A program made the translations under genes and the position numbers. The notes below the pieces were generated by a model. That model had not been told where the DNA came from, did not search any database, and was given only the letters and a program-made list of their open reading frames with translations. This document shows positions 56,014 to 64,000 of a stretch of 64,000 bases of DNA, in pieces. Location of the stretch: NCBI GenBank assembly GCA_963837465.1, contig CAWINB010000004.1, positions 202,853 through 266,852 of the forward strand, written 5' to 3'. Every line of letters begins with the position of its first letter. The first letter of the stretch is position 1. Origin of the DNA: Candidatus Doudnabacteria bacterium (lineage in GTDB: Bacteria > Patescibacteriota > Doudnabacteria > UBA920).

Positions 56014-56630
56014 TTTCAGACAAAAACAACTTAACACCATACGGCGGACCCAAGCGTTCTGAAGACGGACCTTTTCACGAATTATTTTTAATGCTTGGGA
56101 AAATTCCTGCCCAAAAAAGGCCTAAGCTTATACTGATAGATAAATTTCAGATGCTCATTTGTGATGGTGAAAGAATGACACTAAACACCACAATGAGGCC
56201 ACACGGCACAATTACTGGCCTGAGCTTTGACAGAGGCGAAGTGCTTGAGCTATTTGCCAAAGTAGAATTTTTAATAAACACCCTTGTTTTAAGTTATATA
56301 AAACCTACTGGAGGGAGCTTTGATGACTTTAATAAATTACTCGACAGTACGGACCTGTTTTCAAAAATAAAAGTTTTGATGGAGTGGGGTGTATTAAGTC
56401 CTAAATTAGGTAGTAAACTAATCTCAATAAAAAAGGTGCGCAATAGTTTCGCACACAGATGGTCGGAGGATGATGTGCTGTTTGAAGGTAAACCGCTCAA
56501 TAAGGATGCTGTTTTTGAAAAATTTGTAAAAGAAATTACTACTATTTGGATGGAGTTAATAAAAATTAGCCAATCGATCCAGCCTGACATTAAGGAATTG
56601 CTGAAAAAGTACGCCGTGCCGACAGAATAA
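56010..56630 (+). CDS. Small HEPN-like protein translationally coupled to the RT
   Basis: Its start overlaps the RT stop by ATGA. The C-terminal KKVRNSFAHRWSEDD fits the HEPN Rx4-6H motif (R-N-x-x-x-H). 206 aa. Confidence 0.5.
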   Translation: MISDKNNLTPYGGPKRSEDGPFHELFLMLGKIPAQKRPKLILIDKFQMLICDGERMTLNTTMRPHGTITGLSFDRGEVLELFAKVEFLINTLVLSYIKPTGGSFDDFNKLLDSTDLFSKIKVLMEWGVLSPKLGSKLISIKKVRNSFAHRWSEDDVLFEGKPLNKDAVFEKFVKEITTIWMELIKISQSIQPDIKELLKKYAVPTE

Positions 56631-56651
56631 TTTTTCAGCCTTATGTAGCCA

Positions 56652-56692
56652 CTCACAAAAAAGCCTGGACTTTTCCAGGCTTTTTTGATATA
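56652..56692 (+). terminator. Rho-independent terminator after the RT/HEPN operon
   Basis: AAAAGCCTGGACTTTTCCAGGCTTTTTTG. Confidence 0.65.
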
Positions 56693-57492
56693 TTAAATGG
56701 TCTTTGATACATATCAAGGCAAAAGGAGCAGGAGGATGAAAGTCACCGAATTGTATCGCTACCCCTTAAAGTCTGCGGGCGGCCTCGCTCAAGCTTTTAT
56801 TGAGGTTGATTCCCGCGGCTTCGTTCATGACCGGCAGTATATGGTCGTGGATGAAAACACCGACATGTTTGTTTCGCAGCGCAGCGATCGAGGTCTCGGA
56901 ATTGAGATTAAAATCATGTGCCAAATCCGTCCGACGTTGAGCAGCCTCGGCAATCTCGTTTTGCATGCCGAGGAAATGCAGTCTATGTTCATCTCTCACG
57001 ATGAAGCGAACTTTTGGCCTTCGCGTGACGTGCAGGTCTGGAGCAATAAATTCCAAGCCAAAGATGCCGGCGACGAGGCGGCAGAATGGGTTACCACCTT
57101 CCTAACGAAGGAGCGTCCGGGGAAGTATCGGCTCGTTCGCTTCGACGACGGACACCATCGTAACGCCAAACGCGGCGAAGCGGAACTCGCTTTTGCTGAC
57201 GCATACCCCTTTCTGTTTATCTCGCGAGCATCGCTCAAAGACCTTAACCAACGCATCAATGGCGAGGTGCTGGGCATGGACCGCTTCCGTCCCAACATCG
57301 TCATCAATGACTGCGAACCGTATGCCGAAGACCGCATGAAGCGCGTCCGGATAAACGGAGTCGAGTTCGAAGGAATGAAACTCTGCGTCCGCTGCCCGTT
57401 GACCATGACCGACCAGGATACGGCAAAACGTGGCAAGGAGCCGTTGCGCACATTGAGCACTTACCGCAAGAACCCTTACCCGTTACCGTTCG

Positions 57493-58691
57493 GGAATCCG
57501 TTGTTAGTAATCGCTTTTTTCGAAAAAATTTATTTTGTTAATTCCTAAAGTTTTTAAAGTTTCAGGCCACAGGGCCTGTTTTTTAATGGTAAATTCCAGG
57601 GAGCAGTGTTTGTTTAAATATTTAAATTTTTTGTCGCAATCGGTAAAAGTCTTGCTGCGGCGCCGAATCATCCAGGCGTTAAGCCAGCGATTTGCCGACT
57701 TAAAACTCTGGAAACCCTTGATGGTTTTAAGGCGGCCGTTTAAGTGGGAATTAAAAAGTTCTATGAGGTTGGTGTTGTTGGGACAGTCTTTGACTTTCAG
57801 GTAATTAAACAAGGCTTCGCGTCTACGCTTAACTTCCCAGATAATATCCTGGAGTTTGGGGCTGTGTTGGGCATGATTTCTTAAGACATGCTCCAGTCCG
57901 GCGTCAATTTTTTCCTCATCCGCTCCTTCGGTAAACACATGGAGCTTAAGTGAATTAAAAAAGTGTCTGTAGCGCTCCTCGGTTTTAACCCTAAGCACAG
58001 CGCGGATGTTTTCCAGGAAGTGGACATGGCAGAGCTGCAGCCGCGCGTAGGGAAAGACCTTGTTTAGAGCCTGTTTTATGCCTGCTCTGTCATCGGCGAC
58101 AACTATTTTAAGGTTGTAGCCCAGGTCTTTTAGTTTCTGAAAGTACTGGGAGAAAGCCGCTTCGTCCTCAGAAAAGAACAATTCTCCGTGTAAAATATCG
58201 TGAGTCAGGTAATCAATGCCGAACAGGAATGGAATCTTCCGCTCAAAGCCTTTAACCGCGATGTATTTGCCGTCAAGGATTAAAATCCCCTGGCAGTGGG
58301 CCAAATCACAGAGGGTTTTGGTCAAAAAGTCGTTTTTTGGCAGCTGATCCAGCTCTGTGATGACGCGCGCGTAGGTCTGGGGCCCTGACAGGGTGTTTTC
58401 ATCGCCTAAGCGTCTAAAGCCCACGCCGTCAATATGCTCTATCCAAAGGTTGTGAGAATCCTGGCCGTGGTAAATGGAAAAGGTGCGCTTACAAAAATGG
58501 CAGAGGTAGCGATGACTCTTGCCATCCTTACCAAATTTAATTGTTTTTAAACTGCTGCAATGTGGACAAACATGGCGACGTTTTTTTTGGCATGACTAGA
58601 TTCCTTTCTTAGTTAACTGGTTAAACCTTGGTTTTATCGCTTAAGCTTAACAGGAACATCTGATTTCACCAACGGATTTCCGAACGGTATC
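57493..58691. mobile_element. IS1595-family insertion sequence (~1.2 kb) with ~20-bp terminal inverted repeats and an 8-10 bp target-site duplication
   Basis: IRL TTACCGTTCGGGAATCCGTTG pairs with IRR (reverse complement) GATACCGTTCGGAAATCCGTTG. CCCTTACCCG is duplicated at 57483..57492 and 58692..58701. Confidence 0.8.
57504..58596 (-). CDS. IS1595-family transposase (N-terminal zinc ribbon and DDE domain), N-terminus frameshifted in an A8 run
   Basis: ORF 57504..58424 carries the DDE region (DGKYIAVKG...VVADDRAGIKQAL...CHVHFLENIR). Upstream in frame lies CPHCSSLKTIKFGKDGKSHRYLCHFCKRTFS, an IS1595-type zinc ribbon. The ATG at 58594..58596 is in the -1 frame relative to this and is separated from it by a poly-A(8) tract at 58583..58590. 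Confidence 0.7.
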
Positions 58692-59279
58692 CCCTTACCC
58701 GGGCGAGAACGGTGTGGTGTTCGGCCGCAACTTCAATCATGTGGGAACCGGCACAATCAAAATCGGCGACGAAATCGAAGTCCTCGAATGGGACTGAATG
58801 CTTTGGGAGCGTGCGCTGTTGACCTTAACCGGCAACGGCGTGCGCTTCTTCTTTTTTATTACTTAGTTCTAACTTAGTTAGATTCCCTTTAGGGGTCAAA
58901 AAGTTGGCAGATAGAATTTCTCACCAATAAGTGCAATGTTAGTTCTAACCTGCTGAACTAGGCAGCTCCAAAGAAAATTTACCGCCGCCATTTGGCGGTT
59001 TTTTCTTTTGTCTATTGGCGTTCCCTCCGCACATCTTTACACCCCCCGAAAGGGGGCTTTTGCTTTTAAGTGAAGCAAAAAAATTGGTTCGATTCTGGCA
59101 ATTTTGAATATACCGCTAAGTAGAATGTTTTTAACAAAATTCCAATAATTTTCTAATGACTATTGACGATTCTTTAAGTTCGAATGGATATTGATAAAAA
59201 ATGCTATAATATAATTAAATCCGACCACTGCGTCGTCGGTAACAGAATTAAATAACAAAGTTCATACAAAATAAATACT

Positions 59280-59804
59280 ATGGGAAATAATGACATAAAT
59301 CAACCTCATCATCGGCTTTTTGAAAGTCCTGATACGTCAACTCCGAAAGCAAAGCCGCCAAAACAACAAAGCGACGAATTTCTAAAATTACCTAAGAATG
59401 AAATGTATATCGCTTTAGTCATCTTAGGGTGGTCAGTTGGAATTATATTATTATTGTTCGTTATTTTTGCGGTAATAGTTGCATTTAGCCAGCCATATAA
59501 TTCCGACTCAATAAAAAGTATATTGTTGAATCATAACTACATAACGATTGGTAGCATAATTTTAATTCCTTTAGGCTGCTTCCTAACTTGGGTTGGTGTG
59601 CTTAAAGCAAAACAATATATTATGCCATCTCATTCGGCTTTAAAGCTAACGGGATATGCAGCTATTGTTTATTTCCTTTTGTATACCCAGCAAATTTCTA
59701 ACCCAACAACGATTATGATTCTTTTAATTTGGTTATGCGCCTATTACTACTTTGTAAACAAGGAAATAAAACTTGTCAAGAGCCGTAAGACCGCAAATAT
59801 ATAA
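59280..59804 (+). CDS. Membrane hypothetical protein (4 TM)
   Basis: 174 aa ORF with four hydrophobic helices. Confidence 0.4.
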   Translation: MGNNDINQPHHRLFESPDTSTPKAKPPKQQSDEFLKLPKNEMYIALVILGWSVGIILLLFVIFAVIVAFSQPYNSDSIKSILLNHNYITIGSIILIPLGCFLTWVGVLKAKQYIMPSHSALKLTGYAAIVYFLLYTQQISNPTTIMILLIWLCAYYYFVNKEIKLVKSRKTANI

Positions 59805-59810
59805 GTAGGA

Positions 59811-60037
59811 CTTACGCCTTCGCGTAATTTAAGTAATTAGCGACGGAAATTCTGGTAATGGATATTTTCTGCTCATACCAGCTGACCCCTTCGGCAATTC
59901 TGGCTCTTTCCAATTTAAAGAATGTCATGAATGCGGCAAGATTGTGAGTTTGCTGGGACTTGGCTTTTATGGAATAGCATTTTTCAATGCCGGTAGTTTG
60001 TTTAATGCCTCTGTGGAATTCTTCAATCTTCCAGCGG
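59811..60037 (-). pseudogene. Orphan C-terminal fragment of a DDE transposase (IS4/IS5-type C-terminus)
   Basis: Translation ...IEEFHRGIKQTTGIEKCYSIKAKSQQTHNLAAFMTFFKLERARIAEG...*. No N-terminal part is present. Confidence 0.5.
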
Positions 60038-60038
60038 T

Positions 60039-60637
60039 TAGAGCCTGTTTAATAAATCATTTAGTCAATCTTTTAAGCATTAAACTGGTCATCGCCAGGT
60101 AAATCATGTTCTCACTGGTCTCAGGGTTGTACTCATAGTCTTTGGAAAGCCTCCGATAGTTACCAAACCAGCCAAAGGCGCGCTCCACGATCCAGCGCTT
60201 AGACAAAACATGAAAGACTGGGAGTCAATAATCCCGGCGGCGGGCTGTTCCTTTTTACCGGCTTTGACGCGGACTGCGCTGCGGAGCGTATCATGAACTT
60301 TCTTCCAGGTGCCGTCTTTGCTGAATTTTTGAAAGTAGTAATAGACCTGTTCCCATTCAGGAAAGTCATTGGGAAGGAGTCTCCAGGCACAACCACTTTT
60401 TAACAAATACATAATGGCATTTATGACTTCCCGCGTATCAACCCGTCTTGGCCTGCCCCGTTTGCCTGGCCTGGGCGGCAAACTGAGCACCAAGACCCAT
60501 TCAGCATCGGAAAGGTCGGTTTCATAAGGTTTTCTGGGCACTTTTTGTTTTTGGTTTCGCATAAGGTTACAATCATCAGGTTAATGATTATATCCTTATT
60601 TTAAACCAAAATCAGTATTTATTAAACAGGCTCTAAG
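60039..60637. mobile_element. Internally deleted IS5-family element (~600 bp) with 19-bp terminal inverted repeats
   Basis: IR TAGAGCCTGTTTAATAAAT at 60039..60057 has its reverse complement at 60619..60637. Inside is a transposase with the DUF4096-type N-terminus (LSDAEWVLVLSLPPRPGKRGRPRRVDTREVINAIMYLLKSGCAWRLLP...IIDSQS). The typical C-terminus ([23 protein letters not shown]...LMLKRLTK*) is in another frame, and the DDE core is missing. Confidence 0.7.
60057..60562 (-). pseudogene. IS5-family transposase, internally deleted and frameshifted
   Basis: See the mobile-element entry. The listed ORF 60104..60562 is the N-terminal part only. Confidence 0.7.
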
Positions 60638-60765
60638 AGAATCGTGTTCCAATCTGTTGTTCTGAATAAATCAAATATAGGGAACCATTATTATTAACCA
60701 AAGCTCGGTACGAATAAAACTTCACCAACGGCCACCACTTTAGCTCGAACTTCCCTAATGAGGGA

Positions 60766-60806
60766 GCTCCAATCGGAACTTTCAGCCCTTTGACGCGTCC
60801 TGATAC
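60766..60806 (+). repeat. Copy of an LSR-junction motif (CTCCAATCGGAACTTTCAGCCCTTTGACGC + GTCCTGATACA)
   Basis: The 30-mer at 54221..54250 recurs at 60766..60795. The flanking GCGTCCTGATACA (54204..54216) recurs at 60794..60806 but in the opposite order, giving a circularly permuted arrangement. Confidence 0.6.
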
Positions 60807-60919
60807 AATAGCAGCCTCGCGACATCAGCAAACATTGATACGAAAAACGCGGACTTGTGTCCGCATTTTCTTTCCATATTCTTCTGACGCATCCTGGTCT
60901 GGTTCCAGGCTGCGCTATT

Positions 60920-60995
60920 TGGTGCGCGTGGTAGGACTCGAACCTACGGCCAGACGTGTATAAGACGTCCGCTCTACCAACTGAGCTACACGCGC
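60920..60995 (-). tRNA. tRNA with anticodon TAT (tRNA-Ile(UAU)-type, AUA decoding), CCA encoded
   Basis: The reverse complement folds as acceptor GCGCGTG/CACGCGC, D-arm GCTC-AGTTGGTA-GAGC, anticodon stem GACGT/ACGTC, loop CTTATAC, T-arm GTAGG-TTCGAGT-CCTAC. Confidence 0.7.
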
Positions 60996-61270
60996 ATGGT
61001 TGGCCTAACTAGGGTATTATAAAAAAACCAGGCAAAATAAGCAATGACTGAATTTTTCAAAATTTATTCCATAGCCCGTCAAACGGCATTTTTTGCCGTT
61101 TGACATATCGGCGCTCAATAGTTATTCAGCGACGGCGCGAACGACTTGCCGGTTTTATTTTTTAATGTGTTTAAGTCCGGTATTTTTTACGGGCGCCTCC
61201 GGCTATGTATTGCTTCATCCGGCTTTGGTAAGGGGCGTCCGGTTTGCTGGCCTGGATTTTAACCTCCCAA

Positions 61271-62113
61271 TTAAAACGTCCGGTTTTTGCCGACTATTAT
61301 TTTAAGTCTTTGGGGGATTATTTCCACTGTGGCCGGGAATTTGGCGACGACGCGGCCGAGCATGGTCAGGGAAAAACCGCGCGGCTCCAGGAACTGGATT
61401 TTTCTGCATTTTATAACCGTGGTGTTGGGGACTTTTTCCAAAAGACCCTCGGCCAGGTCCTTGCGATGGGCCAGGATTTGGGATTTTTTTAAGCGTTCCA
61501 CTATCAACAAATCCAAATAGCCGTCAGTTGGGTTGGCAATGGCTTCGTTTTTGCCCGAGCTGGAGCGGATGTTGGCCGCGAGTCCTCCCAGACCGCTAAG
61601 ATTGATGTTGTAGGAATCGTCTATCCTTATGGTAAAAGATTTGGATTCGCTGGATAAAAGCTTAAGGCTTTGCCACAAGCCGGCCTGCCGCAGCTGGTGG
61701 CTCATAACCCCGAACTCCAAAAAACTTATAAAGTAACTGCCGGAAATTTTGGCCAAGTCTATTTTTTCTATGCGCCGCGCCGCAATGGTTTTAATCCCGA
61801 CCGACAAATTTTCCGCCCCCAGAATTTTGGCCAGCATGGACTGTTCGTCCAGCGGGATGAATCCCAAAGTAAAATCCCTGCCCTTAAGCTGGGCCAGCAT
61901 GACGTTAAAGGTATCATCGCTGCCGCAGGCTACCAACGTGGTGGCGCCGCGCTGGCTGGCGGTGTTCACCAAATCCGCCACGGAACGCAGCGGCGTCACC
62001 CGCCCGGTTTCTCCGGCAATCTTAAATTCCGCCAGCAGGCCCTGGAGCTGGGTTTGCAGTTTTTCGAATTTATCTATGGGCATGCCGCCCTGGTCAAGGA
62101 TGTAGTAGTACAC
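61271..62113 (-). CDS. Diacylglycerol-kinase-catalytic-domain lipid kinase (YegS/BmrU family)
   Basis: 280 aa ORF with an N-terminal Rossmann-like part carrying ...TLVACGSDDTFNVMLAQL, equivalent to the GGDGT motif, and a C-terminal beta-sandwich. Confidence 0.6.
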   Translation of the reverse strand: MYYYILDQGGMPIDKFEKLQTQLQGLLAEFKIAGETGRVTPLRSVADLVNTASQRGATTLVACGSDDTFNVMLAQLKGRDFTLGFIPLDEQSMLAKILGAENLSVGIKTIAARRIEKIDLAKISGSYFISFLEFGVMSHQLRQAGLWQSLKLLSSESKSFTIRIDDSYNINLSGLGGLAANIRSSSGKNEAIANPTDGYLDLLIVERLKKSQILAHRKDLAEGLLEKVPNTTVIKCRKIQFLEPRGFSLTMLGRVVAKFPATVEIIPQRLKIIVGKNRTF

Positions 62114-62249
62114 AAAATAAAATGACTAAAATTAAAAAAATAATTCCGTCGGCGGCGGATCCGCCGCCGGCGGAAAAAACGGCAAAACCGGCGAACATCA
62201 ATTTGTTGCATTTGCCGTCCCGATTTAAAACAGGTTCCAATTTACCTTA

Positions 62250-62660
62250 TTATTCCGGCTCAATGCCAGGTTCGTGTTGTTTGGAATTTTTTTTGCCGCT
62301 GGCCGCCATTTCGCTTCCGTTCATTGAGCATTTGCCGGAAAATTGCGCGCCGTCTTCAATGCGTAAAACCTGGCAGGTAATGTCGCCGGTAATTTTAGCG
62401 GTTCCCTGCAGCACCAAATGCCCGCTGATTTTTAAATTTCCCTGCACGTCGCCGCCTATCATGGCGTTGCCGGCCAATACATCTGCCGCGATTTTGGCTC
62501 CCGGCATCACAAACACGCTCTGGCTGGTCTGGACTTTTCCCGCCACCTGGCCTTCTATTTTAATATTGCCTTCGCTGTTTAAGTCGCCCTGTATTTTTAC
62601 GCTTGGCCCGACTACGGTTTCGGCCGGCGCGTTTAAGTTATCATCCAGCATTTTGTCCAT
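62250..62660 (-). CDS. Bactofilin family cytoskeletal protein
   Basis: 136 aa ORF with repetitive beta-helix G-x-V/I-x-G repeats (IKIEGQVAGKVQ...IGGDVQGNLKISGHLVLQGTAKITGDI). Confidence 0.75.
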   Translation of the reverse strand: MDKMLDDNLNAPAETVVGPSVKIQGDLNSEGNIKIEGQVAGKVQTSQSVFVMPGAKIAADVLAGNAMIGGDVQGNLKISGHLVLQGTAKITGDITCQVLRIEDGAQFSGKCSMNGSEMAASGKKNSKQHEPGIEPE

Positions 62661-62699
62661 AAACTTTGTCTTTCCGATGGTTTAAATCCATTTTAATAT

Positions 62700-63191
62700 T
62701 TAATGATTGGCGTTTGATATTTGAAATTTGGTATTTGCCTCACTTATGGCTTGCTCCTCTTCTCCCGTGAGTTTTGATTCGCATTTTCCGTTTTCTATTT
62801 TTTTGCTGTAAACGCGATTTTGTTCCCGGCCATAAAGCGAGGTTATGATTATTCCGCTGCTGTGGGCATCCAGCAAAGCCAGGGAAAAACTAAAATTGCC
62901 CCCGCCGTCGCCAAAAGGATTAAAACGCACCAGCCCCATTTGCTGCAAAGAAAATCCGGAACCGCGCCGCAGCCCCGTAAGCTGGTTTTCCAAAGCTTCG
63001 GTCGCCCTTTGTCCGGCGTTGATTTTTTCTTCCAGCCGCAAAATTACGCTTTCCAGATCGTTGCCGTTTTTGCCCAAAAAAAATGTCCGGCGTAATTTTG
63101 CCAAAGACCTTCCCTGCCACAGGCAGTAGCCGGCAGTTAAAAAGGCCAAAACGCTTAAAATTAAGGTTAAATCGGGCGAAAAGAAGTTCAT
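62700..63191 (-). CDS. DUF4446 family protein
   Basis: An N-terminal TM helix is followed by the conserved RFNPFGDGGGNFSFSLALLD...SLYGRE core. Confidence 0.6.
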   Translation of the reverse strand: MNFFSPDLTLILSVLAFLTAGYCLWQGRSLAKLRRTFFLGKNGNDLESVILRLEEKINAGQRATEALENQLTGLRRGSGFSLQQMGLVRFNPFGDGGGNFSFSLALLDAHSSGIIITSLYGREQNRVYSKKIENGKCESKLTGEEEQAISEANTKFQISNANH

Positions 63192-63220
63192 AGCTAGAGT
63201 ATTGTAGCATTAGTTGTTGT

Positions 63221-63475
63221 TTGCTTTCAAATAGCGCCAAATGTTATAATTATCCTATGAGTAAAAAGCATAAAAAAAGCCAGTCGATGGCAGTGGCCCA
63301 GGCTCCCCATCCGGCAGCGTTGTCGCAAACCGCCGAATACCGGGTGATTAAGTTTGATTTAATCAAAGTTTTAATTCTGAACTTGGTCTACTTGGTCGTA
63401 ATTTTAGCGCTCTACTACGGCAATCAGCGCGATCATTTTTTGGATAACTGGTTCGCGAGGGTATTGCGCTTTTAG
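63221..63475 (+). CDS. Small membrane protein
   Basis: 84 aa ORF with one C-terminal TM helix. Confidence 0.35.
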   Translation: MLSNSAKCYNYPMSKKHKKSQSMAVAQAPHPAALSQTAEYRVIKFDLIKVLILNLVYLVVILALYYGNQRDHFLDNWFARVLRF

Positions 63476-63769
63476 GGGCCGCGGATTTGCCGCGGATTTT
63501 GTCCAGCGTAGCTTTGGCGAAGTTGGATATACGCGCTGAATAGACGCTGAATCTAAGTTGTTCCCATCCCGGAAATTTTGAGTGTACCCGAAAAATTATC
63601 CGGGATCCAGATTGACGTTTATAATTTAATCTGATAATTGCCAATAAAAACGCTATATTAAAACCCGCCATTACAGTGGGTTTTGTCATATATGATATAA
63701 TTTATTTACTATATTGACTCAAAGTCAAAATTTTGCTAAAATTATAATATAATTATATCACATACGATT

Positions 63770-64000
63770 ATGAAACCGACAATCCAGGATAATCAAAAAA
63801 TCGGCCGGTTCATAGCCGAAGTCAGGCAGTCCAAAGGTTTTACCCAAAGCGCTTTTGCCAAAGGATTAAAAACCAGCCAGTCGGCAGTGGCCAGGATGGA
63901 AAAGGGCGAACAGAATTTAACAACAGAAATGCTGGCTAAAATAAGCACGGTTTTAAACCAGGAAATTATCCAGCTGGCCGATAAATCCGTCAGCTTTAAA
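63770..64000 (+). CDS. XRE-family HTH protein, 3' end outside the window
   Basis: The ATG is at 63770. The translation MKPTIQDNQKIGRFIAEVRQSKGFTQSAFAKGLKTSQSAVARMEKGEQNLTTEMLAKIS... is a typical Cro/C1 HTH. The ORF runs to the window edge. Confidence 0.7.
   Translation, partial: MKPTIQDNQKIGRFIAEVRQSKGFTQSAFAKGLKTSQSAVARMEKGEQNLTTEMLAKISTVLNQEIIQLADKSVSFK

Larger units (their letters stand above)
56697..58797 (+). pseudogene. MOSC-domain protein gene split by an IS insertion (5' part 56697..57492, 3' part 58702..58797)
   Basis: MOSC N-terminal beta-barrel (VTELYRYPLKSAGG) and MOSC domain (RFRPNIVI...CVRCP) are present. Removing the IS and one copy of the target duplication restores ...YRKNPYPGENGVVFGRNFNHVGTGTIKIGDEIEVLEWD* in frame. 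The gene is GC-rich. Confidence 0.7.

Noticed and set aside
61670-62125. Plus-strand ORFs 61670..62125 and 61749..62105, and plus-strand ORF 62122..62685
   Set aside because: They are antisense to the lipid-kinase and bactofilin genes, which carry recognisable motifs.
1-64000. CRISPR array search
   Set aside because: No run of regularly spaced short direct repeats was found. The repeats present are long inverted or direct repeats tied to recombinase gene ends and IS termini.

Overview
The window looks like a low-GC, streamlined bacterial genome, possibly CPR/Patescibacteria-like. Supporting signs are small secreted type IV pilin-like proteins, a group I intron inside a tRNA gene, and many tRNA-targeted integrative elements. 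The backbone carries ordinary genes: a SpeA-like PLP-dependent decarboxylase, a type II NADH dehydrogenase, a MacAB-like ABC efflux cluster (two FtsX-type permeases, one ATPase, one frameshifted adaptor), a type IV pilin, a pyrE-pyrF-pyrD operon with prs, a lipid kinase, a bactofilin and a DUF4446 protein. Two accessory regions take up most of the window. Region 1 is a roughly 26 kb composite island (14.2–40.15 kb) lying between two tRNA-Lys genes and a downstream partial tRNA-Lys 3' end. It carries a tyrosine integrase, two tandem serine recombinases, a primase/helicase pair, an HNH nuclease and a kinase-TPR cluster. It also carries a membrane protein whose C-terminal domain copies the host pilin. 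Region 2 is a roughly 16 kb mosaic (44.7–60.8 kb) next to a tRNA-Val, intron-containing tRNA-Phe and tRNA-Gly cluster. It holds a frameshifted large serine recombinase, a complete type III restriction-modification system enclosed by a perfect 160 bp inverted repeat, and a second nested near-perfect ~295 bp inverted-repeat cassette (unknown genes plus a Replic_Relax-like protein). It also holds two further serine recombinase remnants and a cleanly bounded IS1595-family insertion splitting a MOSC gene. The region ends with a deleted IS5-family remnant. The most interesting part of region 2 is a compact reverse transcriptase translationally coupled to a small protein with a HEPN-like motif, which looks like a candidate novel defence module. 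Several serine recombinase genes end antisense inside tRNA genes, so the att junction changes the recombinase C-terminal tail. Everything here is inferred from sequence inspection alone; no database search was run.
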